Of a stretch of DNA of 64,000 nucleotides, positions 9,851 through 18,656 are shown piece by piece (positions within the stretch are counted from its first letter, which is position 1; every line of letters starts with the position of its first letter). The DNA is taken from NCBI GenBank assembly GCA_048885525.1, contig JBHLLP010000005.1, positions 7,982 to 71,981 on the forward strand, read 5' to 3'. Made by a program: the position numbers and the translations under genes. A model generated the notes under the pieces. It was given only the letters and a program-made list of their open reading frames with translations. It had not been told where the DNA came from and searched no databases. This DNA comes from Candidatus Hermodarchaeota archaeon (lineage in GTDB: Archaea; Asgardarchaeota; Lokiarchaeia; Sigyniarchaeales; SOKP01).

Positions 9851-9905
9851 ATATTAAAGAAACTGAAGCTTAAATTGAAATTTTTATTATTTATATTTTT
9901 TTTCT
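9851..9905 (+). repeat. Direct repeat copy B3: orphan duplicate of the 3' end of the 8744..9304 gene
   Basis: aat att aaa gaa act gaa gct taa encodes NIKETEA*, compared with ILKETEG* in the gene. It begins 9 nt after the stop of 9529..9840 and is in that gene's frame. Confidence 0.7.
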
Positions 9906-10019
9906 TAATCTTACTGTTTATAAAAAAATCATATTTTGGAATCTCGAATTTAAACATTAACTTCAGGTTTTTTTAGAATAATTGGATAAAAAAAAAAATA
10001 AAAAAAAAGGGATAATATA

Positions 10020-11312
10020 TTATTCATAATCTGGCGTCTTTCCTTCAGCGACTTCTTTTTTATACCATTCATCATATGGTTCATATTCAGGTGGCGTGTA
10101 CTCAATATCGGCCAAATTTTCAGCAATTGGATATTTTCCATAAATCCTTACAGCATTTATAAAAGTGTGTACATTTAAAGGAGGAGTATCAATTGGGACT
10201 TGGGTTAGACTGAAGCACATGCTTCCTTCTCGGCCAAGATTATCAATAATTTTTTTAACGTAATTGATAATATCTTGAGGGGAAGCATCCCTTATGAAAC
10301 TAGCACTACAACCAACAAATATTGGTGGTCTCCATTTTTTTGTAATGTTTTCTTCAATATATTCCCTCATCAAATCAATAGGCCAGAGTTGAGTTTGGCC
10401 CATACCCATGATTAAAGCAGGTTTACCAATATATGACATTGCCATATTATGCCAACAATATTTCATGAGTTCGGGATCAAATCGATCTGGATTTTCTTCA
10501 CAATAATCTCCACCACCTGCTGCAACTACTCTTAGTTTTTTCTTCTTAGCTTGTTTAGCAAAGTATTTATAATATGGATTAACAAATTCCTCAATTATCA
10601 TCTTATTAGTATTTGGTACTACTGCCCATGCATCAGGAGCGATGAAACTTTTGATTCCCGTTTCCTTCTTGAGAAACTCCATGAAAGGTAATAATACCTC
10701 ATCAATACTCCAGGTCAGAAGTCTGTGAATGAACTCTGGATTCTTCCTAATATTTCGTATCACTCTGATATATGAGTGGATACCACAAATGAAGCTAAAA
10801 GGCGCTGTGACTATGCCAGGTCCTTTAGATCCTGTAAATTCTTCAATTGCTTTATGGCAATCTATAACAAAGGGATTGCTCCCGGAATCCTTTTCTGATA
10901 TCCTCTGGATATCAACCTTTTCGATATCATCTGGATTTTTAATTAATGGATCCGATTGATCTATTGAGGGCATGTGAACACGACTCTTGAGGACCTTTCC
11001 CCCTAATGCTTCAACTTCATAATTATAGTTTGCAGGGGGAAATAACATAGGTTGTTCGAAACCATACCACTTCTGCATGGATATCTGTACACCAGTGCAA
11101 TATCGGCCATCCGTATAGATGAACCTCTCTGGATCGGCTTTAGCCACCAACATCGAATGAACATGCATCTGGGCAGAGAGTGATGGGGCATAATCTGGTT
11201 TTCCAAACATTGAAGCTACAGCTCTACTTCCAGGAGTAAGTTTGATGAATTTCAACCCCTTCGTATATAGGATTCCCTTCAATGCTTCTACTATAGTTGG
11301 GGACATACTCAT
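10020..11312 (-). CDS. URO-D superfamily methyltransferase (MtaA/MtbA-like or O-demethylase-type corrinoid methyltransferase)
   Basis: General URO-D/MtaA-like pattern. Overlaps by 4 nt with the upstream corrinoid-protein gene, which suggests an operon. Confidence 0.55.
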   Translation of the reverse strand: MSMSPTIVEALKGILYTKGLKFIKLTPGSRAVASMFGKPDYAPSLSAQMHVHSMLVAKADPERFIYTDGRYCTGVQISMQKWYGFEQPMLFPPANYNYEVEALGGKVLKSRVHMPSIDQSDPLIKNPDDIEKVDIQRISEKDSGSNPFVIDCHKAIEEFTGSKGPGIVTAPFSFICGIHSYIRVIRNIRKNPEFIHRLLTWSIDEVLLPFMEFLKKETGIKSFIAPDAWAVVPNTNKMIIEEFVNPYYKYFAKQAKKKKLRVVAAGGGDYCEENPDRFDPELMKYCWHNMAMSYIGKPALIMGMGQTQLWPIDLMREYIEENITKKWRPPIFVGCSASFIRDASPQDIINYVKKIIDNLGREGSMCFSLTQVPIDTPPLNVHTFINAVRIYGKYPIAENLADIEYTPPEYEPYDEWYKKEVAEGKTPDYE

Positions 11313-11941
11313 CTCTCACCCCCCATGAGTTTTACAGCATTTTCAGCAGCATGAACCCCATCTCTTCCCCATCCATCAGCACCAACTTCTTTCGCATACT
11401 GCTCGCTTATCCTGACGCCTCCAATCATCACTTTTAAACTAGATCTTAAACCTTCATTTTCAAGAATTTGTATGTAATCTTTAATTGTTGCAGCAGTGGT
11501 ACTCATGTAAGCACCTAACCCAACGATATCAGGTCGGACCTCCTTAACCTTTTCAATGAACTTTGTAATGGGAACATCCACACCTAAATCATGTATCTCG
11601 AATCCTGATGCCTTGAGCATAGAACTTACAATTTCCTTACCAAGGTCATGAATATCTCCTTCAACCGAACAAATGAGAAACTTTCCTATTTTATCTCCAC
11701 CAGGCTCAGTTTGATCTTTTTCAAGTATAGCCATTGCAGATTTGAAGGCCTCAGAACTCAAAATCATATCTGGAAGAAAGTATACACCTTGCTTCCAAAG
11801 TTTTCCTGCTTCAAGAATGCCTGGAATTACTGCATCCTTAATAATCTTCAAATTATTAATTCCTGATTCTAGAATGTTTTTAGCTAATTCTTCAGCTAAT
11901 TCTGGATCTCCTTCTAAAATTGATTTTTTTAATTCCTCCAT
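11309..11941 (-). CDS. Corrinoid (B12-binding) methyltransferase-associated protein
   Basis: DxHxxG motif (EGDIHDLGKEIV). N-terminal helical cap plus Rossmann-like B12 domain (DIVGLGAYMSTT...KVMIGG). Confidence 0.85.
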   Translation of the reverse strand: MEELKKSILEGDPELAEELAKNILESGINNLKIIKDAVIPGILEAGKLWKQGVYFLPDMILSSEAFKSAMAILEKDQTEPGGDKIGKFLICSVEGDIHDLGKEIVSSMLKASGFEIHDLGVDVPITKFIEKVKEVRPDIVGLGAYMSTTAATIKDYIQILENEGLRSSLKVMIGGVRISEQYAKEVGADGWGRDGVHAAENAVKLMGGER

Positions 11942-12223
11942 AAGATCACGTATAAAATATTTATCTAAAATTTATAACTAGTAATATTTTGATATTTGTG
12001 TATATAAATTTTAGTTCCTATTGATATAATATAGGCATAAAACTTAATTTATTTACACTCGAGACATGTGAATCTGTTTGTTCCTTATTATTTCTATTTT
12101 ATTTTTAATTTCAGCATTTATTTAAGTAGTTATTTTAAGAGGTAAATATTCCTTTTCTGATTAGACAAAATATTAGTGATATTATCATAATTAATGTGAA
12201 GGATTAAATATTTTTCAACTTAG

Positions 12224-12700
12224 ATGATAGTTATGTACTCACTAAGAAAAGCAAATCTCAATGATATAGATAAATTGATAGATTTTCGAGTTGAGTTTTT
12301 AAAAAAAGTTCAAGATTTTCCCTCCAATAATGAAATTGAAGAATTCCGCAAAACTTTAAAGGAATATTTTTTGGAGAAAATGAAATCCAATGAATTTGTA
12401 GCTTGGATGGCAGAAATTAATAATGAGATCATCGCTACAAGCGGGTTATCTTTTCTACAAAAACCACCTCATTTTATTAATATGACGGGAAAATTTGCTT
12501 ATATTATGAATATGTATACTAAACCTGAATGGCGTAGGAAAGGGATTGGAGCTGCGCTTCTTAAGAAATTATTTGAAGAAATAAGGAAAAAGGGGATACA
12601 ATCAGTAGTTCTTCATTCTACTCCTACTGGAAGACCATTATATGAAAAATATGGTTTTAAAGAAAATGATGGTGATAAAGAAATGATCTTAAAATTATAA
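12224..12700 (+). CDS. GNAT family N-acetyltransferase
   Basis: Acetyl-CoA motif RRKGIGAALLKKL; 158 aa. Confidence 0.8.
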   Translation: MIVMYSLRKANLNDIDKLIDFRVEFLKKVQDFPSNNEIEEFRKTLKEYFLEKMKSNEFVAWMAEINNEIIATSGLSFLQKPPHFINMTGKFAYIMNMYTKPEWRRKGIGAALLKKLFEEIRKKGIQSVVLHSTPTGRPLYEKYGFKENDGDKEMILKL

Positions 12701-12857
12701 ATAAAGAAATTTAACAATTTATATCATTTTTAAGAATATTTGATGAGTGTAATTTTACTAGTATATATATTTAATATATTGATCGAAAATGATACATTTT
12801 CAATATGAAATGTTTGGAAATGTTAAATTTATAAGATTTTTTTTACGAAATTCGCCA

Positions 12858-12875
12858 GTTTCAATTAATTGAAAC
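12858..12875. promoter_or_regulatory. Perfect 18-nt palindrome GTTTCAATTAATTGAAAC between the GNAT gene and hdrA
   Basis: Read directly from the sequence. About 195 nt upstream of the hdrA start and about 160 nt downstream of the GNAT stop. Could be an operator or a terminator hairpin. Confidence 0.35.
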
Positions 12876-13070
12876 CGTTGGATAAAAATTTCAAGTATTA
12901 ACTCATCCTATATTACTGAAAGAGAATTGATTTGTTATAATAATTTAATTTTAATAATATAGACTATTTACAATATCATAATATATTTCTTAGAAATATT
13001 CTAAGAACTAAAAGATAACATCGTTAATCTTTACAATTCAGGAGGTTAGGATTAACAAAGGTGAAAAATA

Positions 13071-15047
13071 TTGTCTGATAAACAGACCAATGAAAGTGTT
13101 AACGAAGATCAACCAAGAATAGGTGTGTTCGTATGCCATTGAGGTATCAATATCGCAGGGATCTTAGATATTCCTAAAATTGTTGAAGAAATAGACAAAT
13201 TAGAAAATGTTTGGGCTTATCCTTATTTATCTTTGTGTACTGAAGGTGGATCCACGGAAATTAAAGAGAAACACGAAGATCGAAAATTTGATAGAATTTT
13301 AGTAGCAGCTTGCACCCCAAAGACTCATCAACCCGTTTTCCATGCAATATTAAAAGAAATGGGATTGCCTCCAAGATACTTAGAATTTGTAAACATTCGA
13401 GAGCATTGTTCCTTTGTACATCAAGCTCCAGAAGTACGCGAAAGAGCTACATTAAAAGCCATTGAATTAATCAAAGCCGGGATCGCTCGAGCAAGATTAT
13501 TGGAAGATGTACCTACTAAAACTGTACCAGTAGAACCTGCAGCTCTAGTTGTAGGTGGAGGAATTGCTGGCTTATCTGCTGCTATCGATTTAGGTGATGC
13601 TGGATATAAGGTATATTTAGTTGAAAAAAATACTACAATTGGTGGACGTATGTCTCAACTTGATAGAACATTTCCTACCGATGATTGTTCTATATGAATC
13701 TTGGGCCCAAAAATGCTTGAAGCCAATCGACATCCAAACATAGAGATCTTATCTTATAGCGATGTTGATGTTATAGATGGCTATATCGGTAATTTTGAAG
13801 TCAAAGTACGAAGAAAAGCACGATTCGTTGATGAAACAAAATGTACTGGATGTGGTACATGTAGAGATGTGTGTCCAGTTTACACGAGTAATTATTTTGA
13901 TGAACATCTATCTGCAAGAAAAGTTATTGATATTGCTTTTGCTCAAGCGGTACCAGCAGTTTCGCAACTTGAGAGAAAAGTATGCATTGAATGCTTTGCA
14001 TGCGTTGATGCGTGTGAACAAGAGGCAATTGATTTTAGTCAGCAGGATAAAATTGAAGCACTTAAAGTTGGTACAATAATAGTTGCTACGGGTTGGGACC
14101 TCTATCAAGGCGATGACTATGGATATGGTATATATGAAAATGTCATTAACCAAATAGAATTAGAACGAATCCTTGCTCCAAATGGTCCTACTTATGGACA
14201 TTTAAAGCGCCCATCTGATGGAAAACGTCCTACAAAAGTGCTGTTCATTAATTGCGTTGGTTCACGAGATATTAATAAAAATGCTCATTGTAGTGTTATA
14301 TGTTGTAATCTTTCACTTAAAAATTCCAAACTAATAAAATCAGAGTATCCTGATTCACAAATCCTTTGTACATATATAGATATGCGATGTGCTGGAAAAG
14401 ATTATGAAGAATACTATAGAAGATCTCGTGATGCTGGTATAATTTTTGTTAAAGGATTAGTAGGGAAAATTGAAGAAGATCCACTAACAAAAAATCTTAA
14501 AGTACAATTTGAACCAGTTGGGACAGATACTGTAGTTTCTATGGAATTCCACATGGTTGTGTTGTCGCCTGCTTCATTACCATCTCAAGGTACAATTGAA
14601 ATTGCGAGAGTGTTAAACATGGAGAAAAGTCCTGATGGGTTCTTAAAAGAATACCACGCTCGATTAGATCCAATTAGCACAAAAGTACCCGGAATTTATA
14701 TTTGCGGTTCTGCTCAAGGGCAAAAAGAAATTGATAAATCGGTAAGTCAAGCGAGAGGAGCAGCATCAGTAGCAGGTATTCCAATGGGGAAGGGAGAATA
14801 TACGATGGAATTAATCAGAGCTTCTCCCTCAGATGAACGATGTGCTAAATGCTATAAATGTATAGAAGCTTGTCCATACACAGCAATTTCAGTAAATGAA
14901 AAAGGAAATATTGTAGTTGACCTAATAAATTGTCGCGGTTGTGGAACATGTGCGGGTCTATGTCCTTCAAAGGCAATTGAATTAACATACTTTAGAGATG
15001 ATCAATATATGGCATTAGTAGATGAATTATTACCAATAGAGGAATAG
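13071..15047 (+). CDS. hdrA: Heterodisulfide reductase subunit A selenoprotein; two in-frame UGA (Sec) codons at 13140-13142 and 13695-13697
   Basis: One frame is open from TTG 13071 to 15047 apart from two TGA codons. Both sit where HdrA normally has Cys: PRIGVFVCH-U-GINIAG and FPTDDCSI-U-ILGPKM. Other motifs: FAD motif VVGGGIAGLSAA; ferredoxin motifs CTGCGTCRDVCP and CRGCGTCAGLCP. The ORF track splits this gene into 13233..13697 and 13701..15047. Confidence 0.85.
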
Positions 15048-15060
15048 AGAGGTAGATAAA

Positions 15061-15519
15061 ATGGCAGAAGCAAATGATATTAAAATAATTGTTTATGCTT
15101 GCTGGAAATGAGGTTATGGTTCTGCTGATATGGCTGGTACTATTAGAGCACAATATCCAGATTCGATTAGAAATGTTTTAGTACCATGCTCGGGACGTGT
15201 AGGATCAGACTTAATAATGCGAGCATTTGGAAGAGGTGCAGATGGAGTAGTAATTAATGCTTGATATCCAGGTGAATGTGATTATGAAACAGGAAATTAC
15301 CACGCATATAGACAAGTTGAATACGTTAAAGAAATTTTAAGAGTTGTTGGTATGAGTCCAGAGAGAATTAAGATAATCTACTGTACTGCTGCTGAAGGTC
15401 AAAAATTCCAAAATGAAGCTATAGAAATTGATAAAATAATCAGGAAATTAGGACCAAGTCCTCTACGTACAAAAGGCACACCTAAAAAAGAAAAAGCTAA
15501 GGCGAAAGCTAAAGCTTAA
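15061..15519 (+). CDS. mvhD: MvhD/VhuD-type hydrogenase delta subunit selenoprotein; in-frame UGA at 15109-15111 and 15262-15264
   Basis: Manual translation: MAEANDIKIIVYACWK-U-GYGSADMAGT...VPCSGRVGSDLIMRAFGRGADGVVINA-U-YPGECDYETGNYHA. This matches the MvhD pattern (CxWCxYxGADxAG ... GCHPGDCHY) with Sec at Cys positions. It starts 13 nt after the hdrA stop. It is not in the ORF track because of the TGA codons. Confidence 0.8.
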
Positions 15520-15527
15520 AAAATTTA

Positions 15528-15600
15528 ATGTGTTGACTGATGAAGCTGAGTTAAAAAAAACGAGAGCTCAGTTGAAGAAATGGGTGCACCATATAACACA
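15528..15600 (+). promoter_or_regulatory. Candidate SECIS element in the 3' UTR of mvhD
   Basis: A 7-bp helix pairs AGCUGAG (15544-15550) with CUCAGUU (15567-15573). It closes an A-rich 16-nt loop (UUAAAAAAAACGAGAG). The helix is flanked by AUGA (15540-15543) and GA (15574-15575), which can form tandem sheared G.A pairs. An outer AUGUGUU (15528-15534) / AACACAU (15595-15601) complement is possible. This is the only GC-containing structure in the 190-nt spacer. Confidence 0.55.
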
Positions 15601-15708
15601 TAAAAATGGTTTGATAAAATTTAATATAAATATTTATAATTTATTTTAAAAAATTTGGGAAATTTAAGAAAATATAAAAGTATTGTAAATAGTTAGAGTT
15701 GGAATTAC

Positions 15709-16848
15709 ATGGAAGCAATGGCAGAATATTTGATAAAGATTGAAGATTTCCCCAAAATCTTGGCAATTTTACTAAAAGAGAAAACGGTAGACAAAATTAT
15801 CGGTGCTGAATTGAGAGTTGATAAGAAATCTGGTAATATAGATAGATTTACTGTTCAGCCTAAGTTAGCAGAAAAAGAGGAAGATCTAAAGGATTTTCCA
15901 TTAACTCCTTTAATTGCATTTGGATATGCTAGAACTGATTCTGCTTCAAAATTTTTACATAAATCCGTGGAGGGTGCAATGAAGGAGAAAGTAGGTCTTA
16001 TTGCACGGCCATGTGATACAAGAGCATTAATTGAGCTTGCTAAAATAAAACAGGTAAATCTTGATAATCTTTTTATAATTGGTATTGAAGATAGAGGGAT
16101 GCTTCCTAAAGCAGGAAGAGAGATGAGATCTATTAAAGATGTTGATCCTATTAAAATCCTTAAAGAAAAAGTTGGAGATAAAGGTCTTATTGTCAAGATG
16201 GAAGATGGAACAACTAAAGAGTTAGAGCTTACTGTTGCTGAGAATTGTTTGAGATGCTATCGAAAAATTCCAGTTATAGCGGATTTAACTGTTAGCGATC
16301 TTGGTATTCCAGTTGATTCAGACGAGATAATTTTAAAGGTATATTCAGATAAAGGAAGTGAGATTCTAGAAAAATCAGGTGTAAAAGCAAAAACACTACC
16401 AGATAAAGAAAAGAAAGCTCATCTAGCAAAATATACTGAAATAATCGATAAAGCAAAAGAAAAGCGAACAAAGGATTTAGAAGAATGGGAGAAGCTTTCA
16501 CAAGAAGAAAAAATAGCAGAACTTCTTAAATGCACGATGTGCAACACTTGTATAAGAGGATGCCCAGTTTGCTACTGTGTGGATTGTATTTTGCAGAAAA
16601 AGAGAAAGGCCAAAAACATTGATAAAGCAACATATCAATTAACGCGTATAGCACATGATGCTGATAGATGCGTAGAATGTGGAAACTGTGATAATAACTG
16701 TCCTCAGAATCTACCTTTATCACTATATTTTCAATCATTAAATGAAGCCTTTAAGAAGAAGTTTAAATACGAGGCAGGCATGTCTCTTGAGGATATTCCG
16801 TTTCGATCTGGAAAAGCAATTTCCCAGATGGAATTAGAAAAAACATAA
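15709..16848 (+). CDS. Fe-S protein, FrhB/FdhB- or AsrA-like N-terminal domain plus 2x[4Fe-4S] C-terminal domain; probable partner of HdrA/MvhD
   Basis: ARPCDTRALIEL-type motif; CTMCNTCIRGCPVCYC and CVECGNCDNNCP. Position immediately downstream of hdrA-mvhD. Confidence 0.45.
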   Translation: MEAMAEYLIKIEDFPKILAILLKEKTVDKIIGAELRVDKKSGNIDRFTVQPKLAEKEEDLKDFPLTPLIAFGYARTDSASKFLHKSVEGAMKEKVGLIARPCDTRALIELAKIKQVNLDNLFIIGIEDRGMLPKAGREMRSIKDVDPIKILKEKVGDKGLIVKMEDGTTKELELTVAENCLRCYRKIPVIADLTVSDLGIPVDSDEIILKVYSDKGSEILEKSGVKAKTLPDKEKKAHLAKYTEIIDKAKEKRTKDLEEWEKLSQEEKIAELLKCTMCNTCIRGCPVCYCVDCILQKKRKAKNIDKATYQLTRIAHDADRCVECGNCDNNCPQNLPLSLYFQSLNEAFKKKFKYEAGMSLEDIPFRSGKAISQMELEKT

Positions 16849-16866
16849 ATAATAACTTATTTTTTA
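16807..16866 (+). repeat. Direct repeat copy A2: last 13 codons + stop of the 15709..16848 gene plus 3' flank
   Basis: tctggaaaagcaatttcccagatggaattagaaaaaa aligned with 20540-20576 gives 34 of 37 nt identical. Looser similarity continues into the T-rich flank. Confidence 0.85.
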
Positions 16867-16940
16867 ATTTTCTTTTTTATAGATTTAGGTTTTTAAGTTC
16901 CTAAAGAACTTTAGATTTTCACTTTTTTATTATAATTTTT

Positions 16941-18212
16941 TTATATGTATGAACTAAAGAGACTTATTATTTTTGGAAACATAGTCTCAATTAGAGATTT
17001 TGATGTATTATTTACTATAGCATCTTTAATAATGTGATTTATCTCATCAATAGTCCTATCTCCCAATAGTAGTTTAAATAAAAGTGCTCCAGGAATCATG
17101 AGGTCAGTAGTTCTAGGATTTGGATATTCTTTTTTAATTTCAATTTTCTCGATTTTTCCGTTATTAAAAGTTAATACAATAGTTTCATTATAATTGCTAA
17201 TTCTTATAGTTTTAGTTAGTCCTTTAAATTCAGAATGATTTAGTCTCCTTTCAATTAAATTTTTTACAAAGTGAAAAAACTTTTTTAAATTTGGAATTTT
17301 TACTTGCCATCCATAGGTTGAAACTGGTTTTCCCCCTAATGATTTGATATAATCAAACAATGGTGAATGTTCACTAACACTAAATGTGATTACATCATTT
17401 GCTTTATACTTTCCCATCTTTTTAATAAATTGAAGCAAGCTTATCATCTCGTTTTTAGATAAATTAGGAGTAGTTATTTCATAATTTTGATTATCATAAC
17501 TCATTCCAACAGAAAAATAATTTGTGGGGATACTAAGTTCATTAAAAATGTAAGTGGATCGAACTTCTGAATTAAATATATCATTTAAGTATTTAAATTT
17601 AAAAGATTCTGGTTCAAACCTGTTAAAGATATAGAAACGCTTATGGAATTGATTATATTTTGTTTTAATAAAAGAAAGGTCCTTAGAATTAGCTTTTCTT
17701 ATGTTAAGGTTCTCATATTTTTTATTAGGGATTTTGGATGCTGGAATCGCTATTCTTTCATCGAGAGATGAAACATATTCATATCCTAACTTACGATAAA
17801 AATAGGGGATACCTCTTATAACTGAAAGAATATAACCATTTTGGTCAATTATTTTTTCATAAAGCTTGTTTAAAAGTTTAACGAAGCCTTTTTCTCTATA
17901 TTCTTCAAGAGTTCCAACAAATTCCATTTCACATATTGGTAATGGAATGTCTTCAATTTGCCATTCTATAGGAGATAGACATATCAAAGAGATTAGTTTA
18001 TTTAATTTATCATCCTTGATATATAACCACAAAATCTCATTTCTTCCCGGATGTTCTAAAAAAATATTTGGAATATAAGTCTTTAATACCTCTTCTTGAT
18101 GAACTTCCATACTAAAATTAACTATAGATTTTAATTCGTCTTCGCTATCAGCAGCAATGTGAATACTGTAGCGATCATCGATTTTCGCAATATAACCTTT
18201 TCGAAATTCCAT
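16941..18212 (-). CDS. Eis-like GNAT acetyltransferase (GNAT + SCP2-like C-terminal architecture)
   Basis: EYREKGFVKLLNKLYEKI acetyl-CoA motif region. The length of about 420 aa is typical of Eis-type enzymes. Confidence 0.55.
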   Translation of the reverse strand: MEFRKGYIAKIDDRYSIHIAADSEDELKSIVNFSMEVHQEEVLKTYIPNIFLEHPGRNEILWLYIKDDKLNKLISLICLSPIEWQIEDIPLPICEMEFVGTLEEYREKGFVKLLNKLYEKIIDQNGYILSVIRGIPYFYRKLGYEYVSSLDERIAIPASKIPNKKYENLNIRKANSKDLSFIKTKYNQFHKRFYIFNRFEPESFKFKYLNDIFNSEVRSTYIFNELSIPTNYFSVGMSYDNQNYEITTPNLSKNEMISLLQFIKKMGKYKANDVITFSVSEHSPLFDYIKSLGGKPVSTYGWQVKIPNLKKFFHFVKNLIERRLNHSEFKGLTKTIRISNYNETIVLTFNNGKIEKIEIKKEYPNPRTTDLMIPGALLFKLLLGDRTIDEINHIIKDAIVNNTSKSLIETMFPKIISLFSSYI

Positions 18213-18405
18213 AATTTTGAAAATAGTTAGCTCTTTTTCAATCTATTTAATTCCTAAGTTGCTGGTAGTTGTAAATCTTTGGAAAAATTCCGTTATTTTG
18301 ATTTGAAAAATAGATATGAAAAGTGTGTTTATAAATTATCCATATATCTTAATATATATAATTAATTATCAATTTAAGGTAAAATCCCAAATTTATAGTT
18401 TTATC

Positions 18406-18576
18406 ATGAATGAAGAAAATATACAAAACGAGTTAAAAGAAATTGGTCAAAAACTTGATAGAATCGGGAAGCTTAATAATAACATACTAACTACACTCAC
18501 GATATTAGTTATTATATTAATTATTCTCGTTTTTATGTGTTTCATATATTTCTCAGGTCATTTCCCTCCAATATAG
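18406..18576 (+). CDS. Small tail-anchored membrane protein (hypothetical); the ORF-track start at 18316 is probably too early
   Basis: MNEENIQNELKEIGQKLDRIG... followed by one TM helix (LTILVIILIILVFMCFIYF). Confidence 0.35.
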   Translation: MNEENIQNELKEIGQKLDRIGKLNNNILTTLTILVIILIILVFMCFIYFSGHFPPI

Positions 18577-18656
18577 TAATTTAAGTTTTTGAAATTGGAT
18601 TATCTAATTTGAGATTTAAGTTCTCAATTTGATTCTGTTTTATTTATAAATAGAAT

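Noticed and set aside
13777-14153. Alternative-frame and antisense ORFs inside hdrA (13777..14079 plus strand, 13908..14153 minus strand).
   Set aside because: They overlap the well-supported hdrA frame and show AT-rich frame-shadow composition.
13140-15264. In-frame TGA codons splitting hdrA and mvhD could indicate pseudogenes or sequencing errors.
   Set aside because: All four TGAs fall exactly at conserved Cys positions of HdrA/MvhD. The frames are otherwise intact and a SECIS-like hairpin follows the operon. Selenocysteine recoding is the better explanation.
15581-15588. GGTGCACC palindrome just 3' of the SECIS candidate, as a separate hairpin or restriction-type site.
   Set aside because: It is too short to form a stable hairpin because it leaves no loop. 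It is probably part of the lower SECIS stem region or coincidental.
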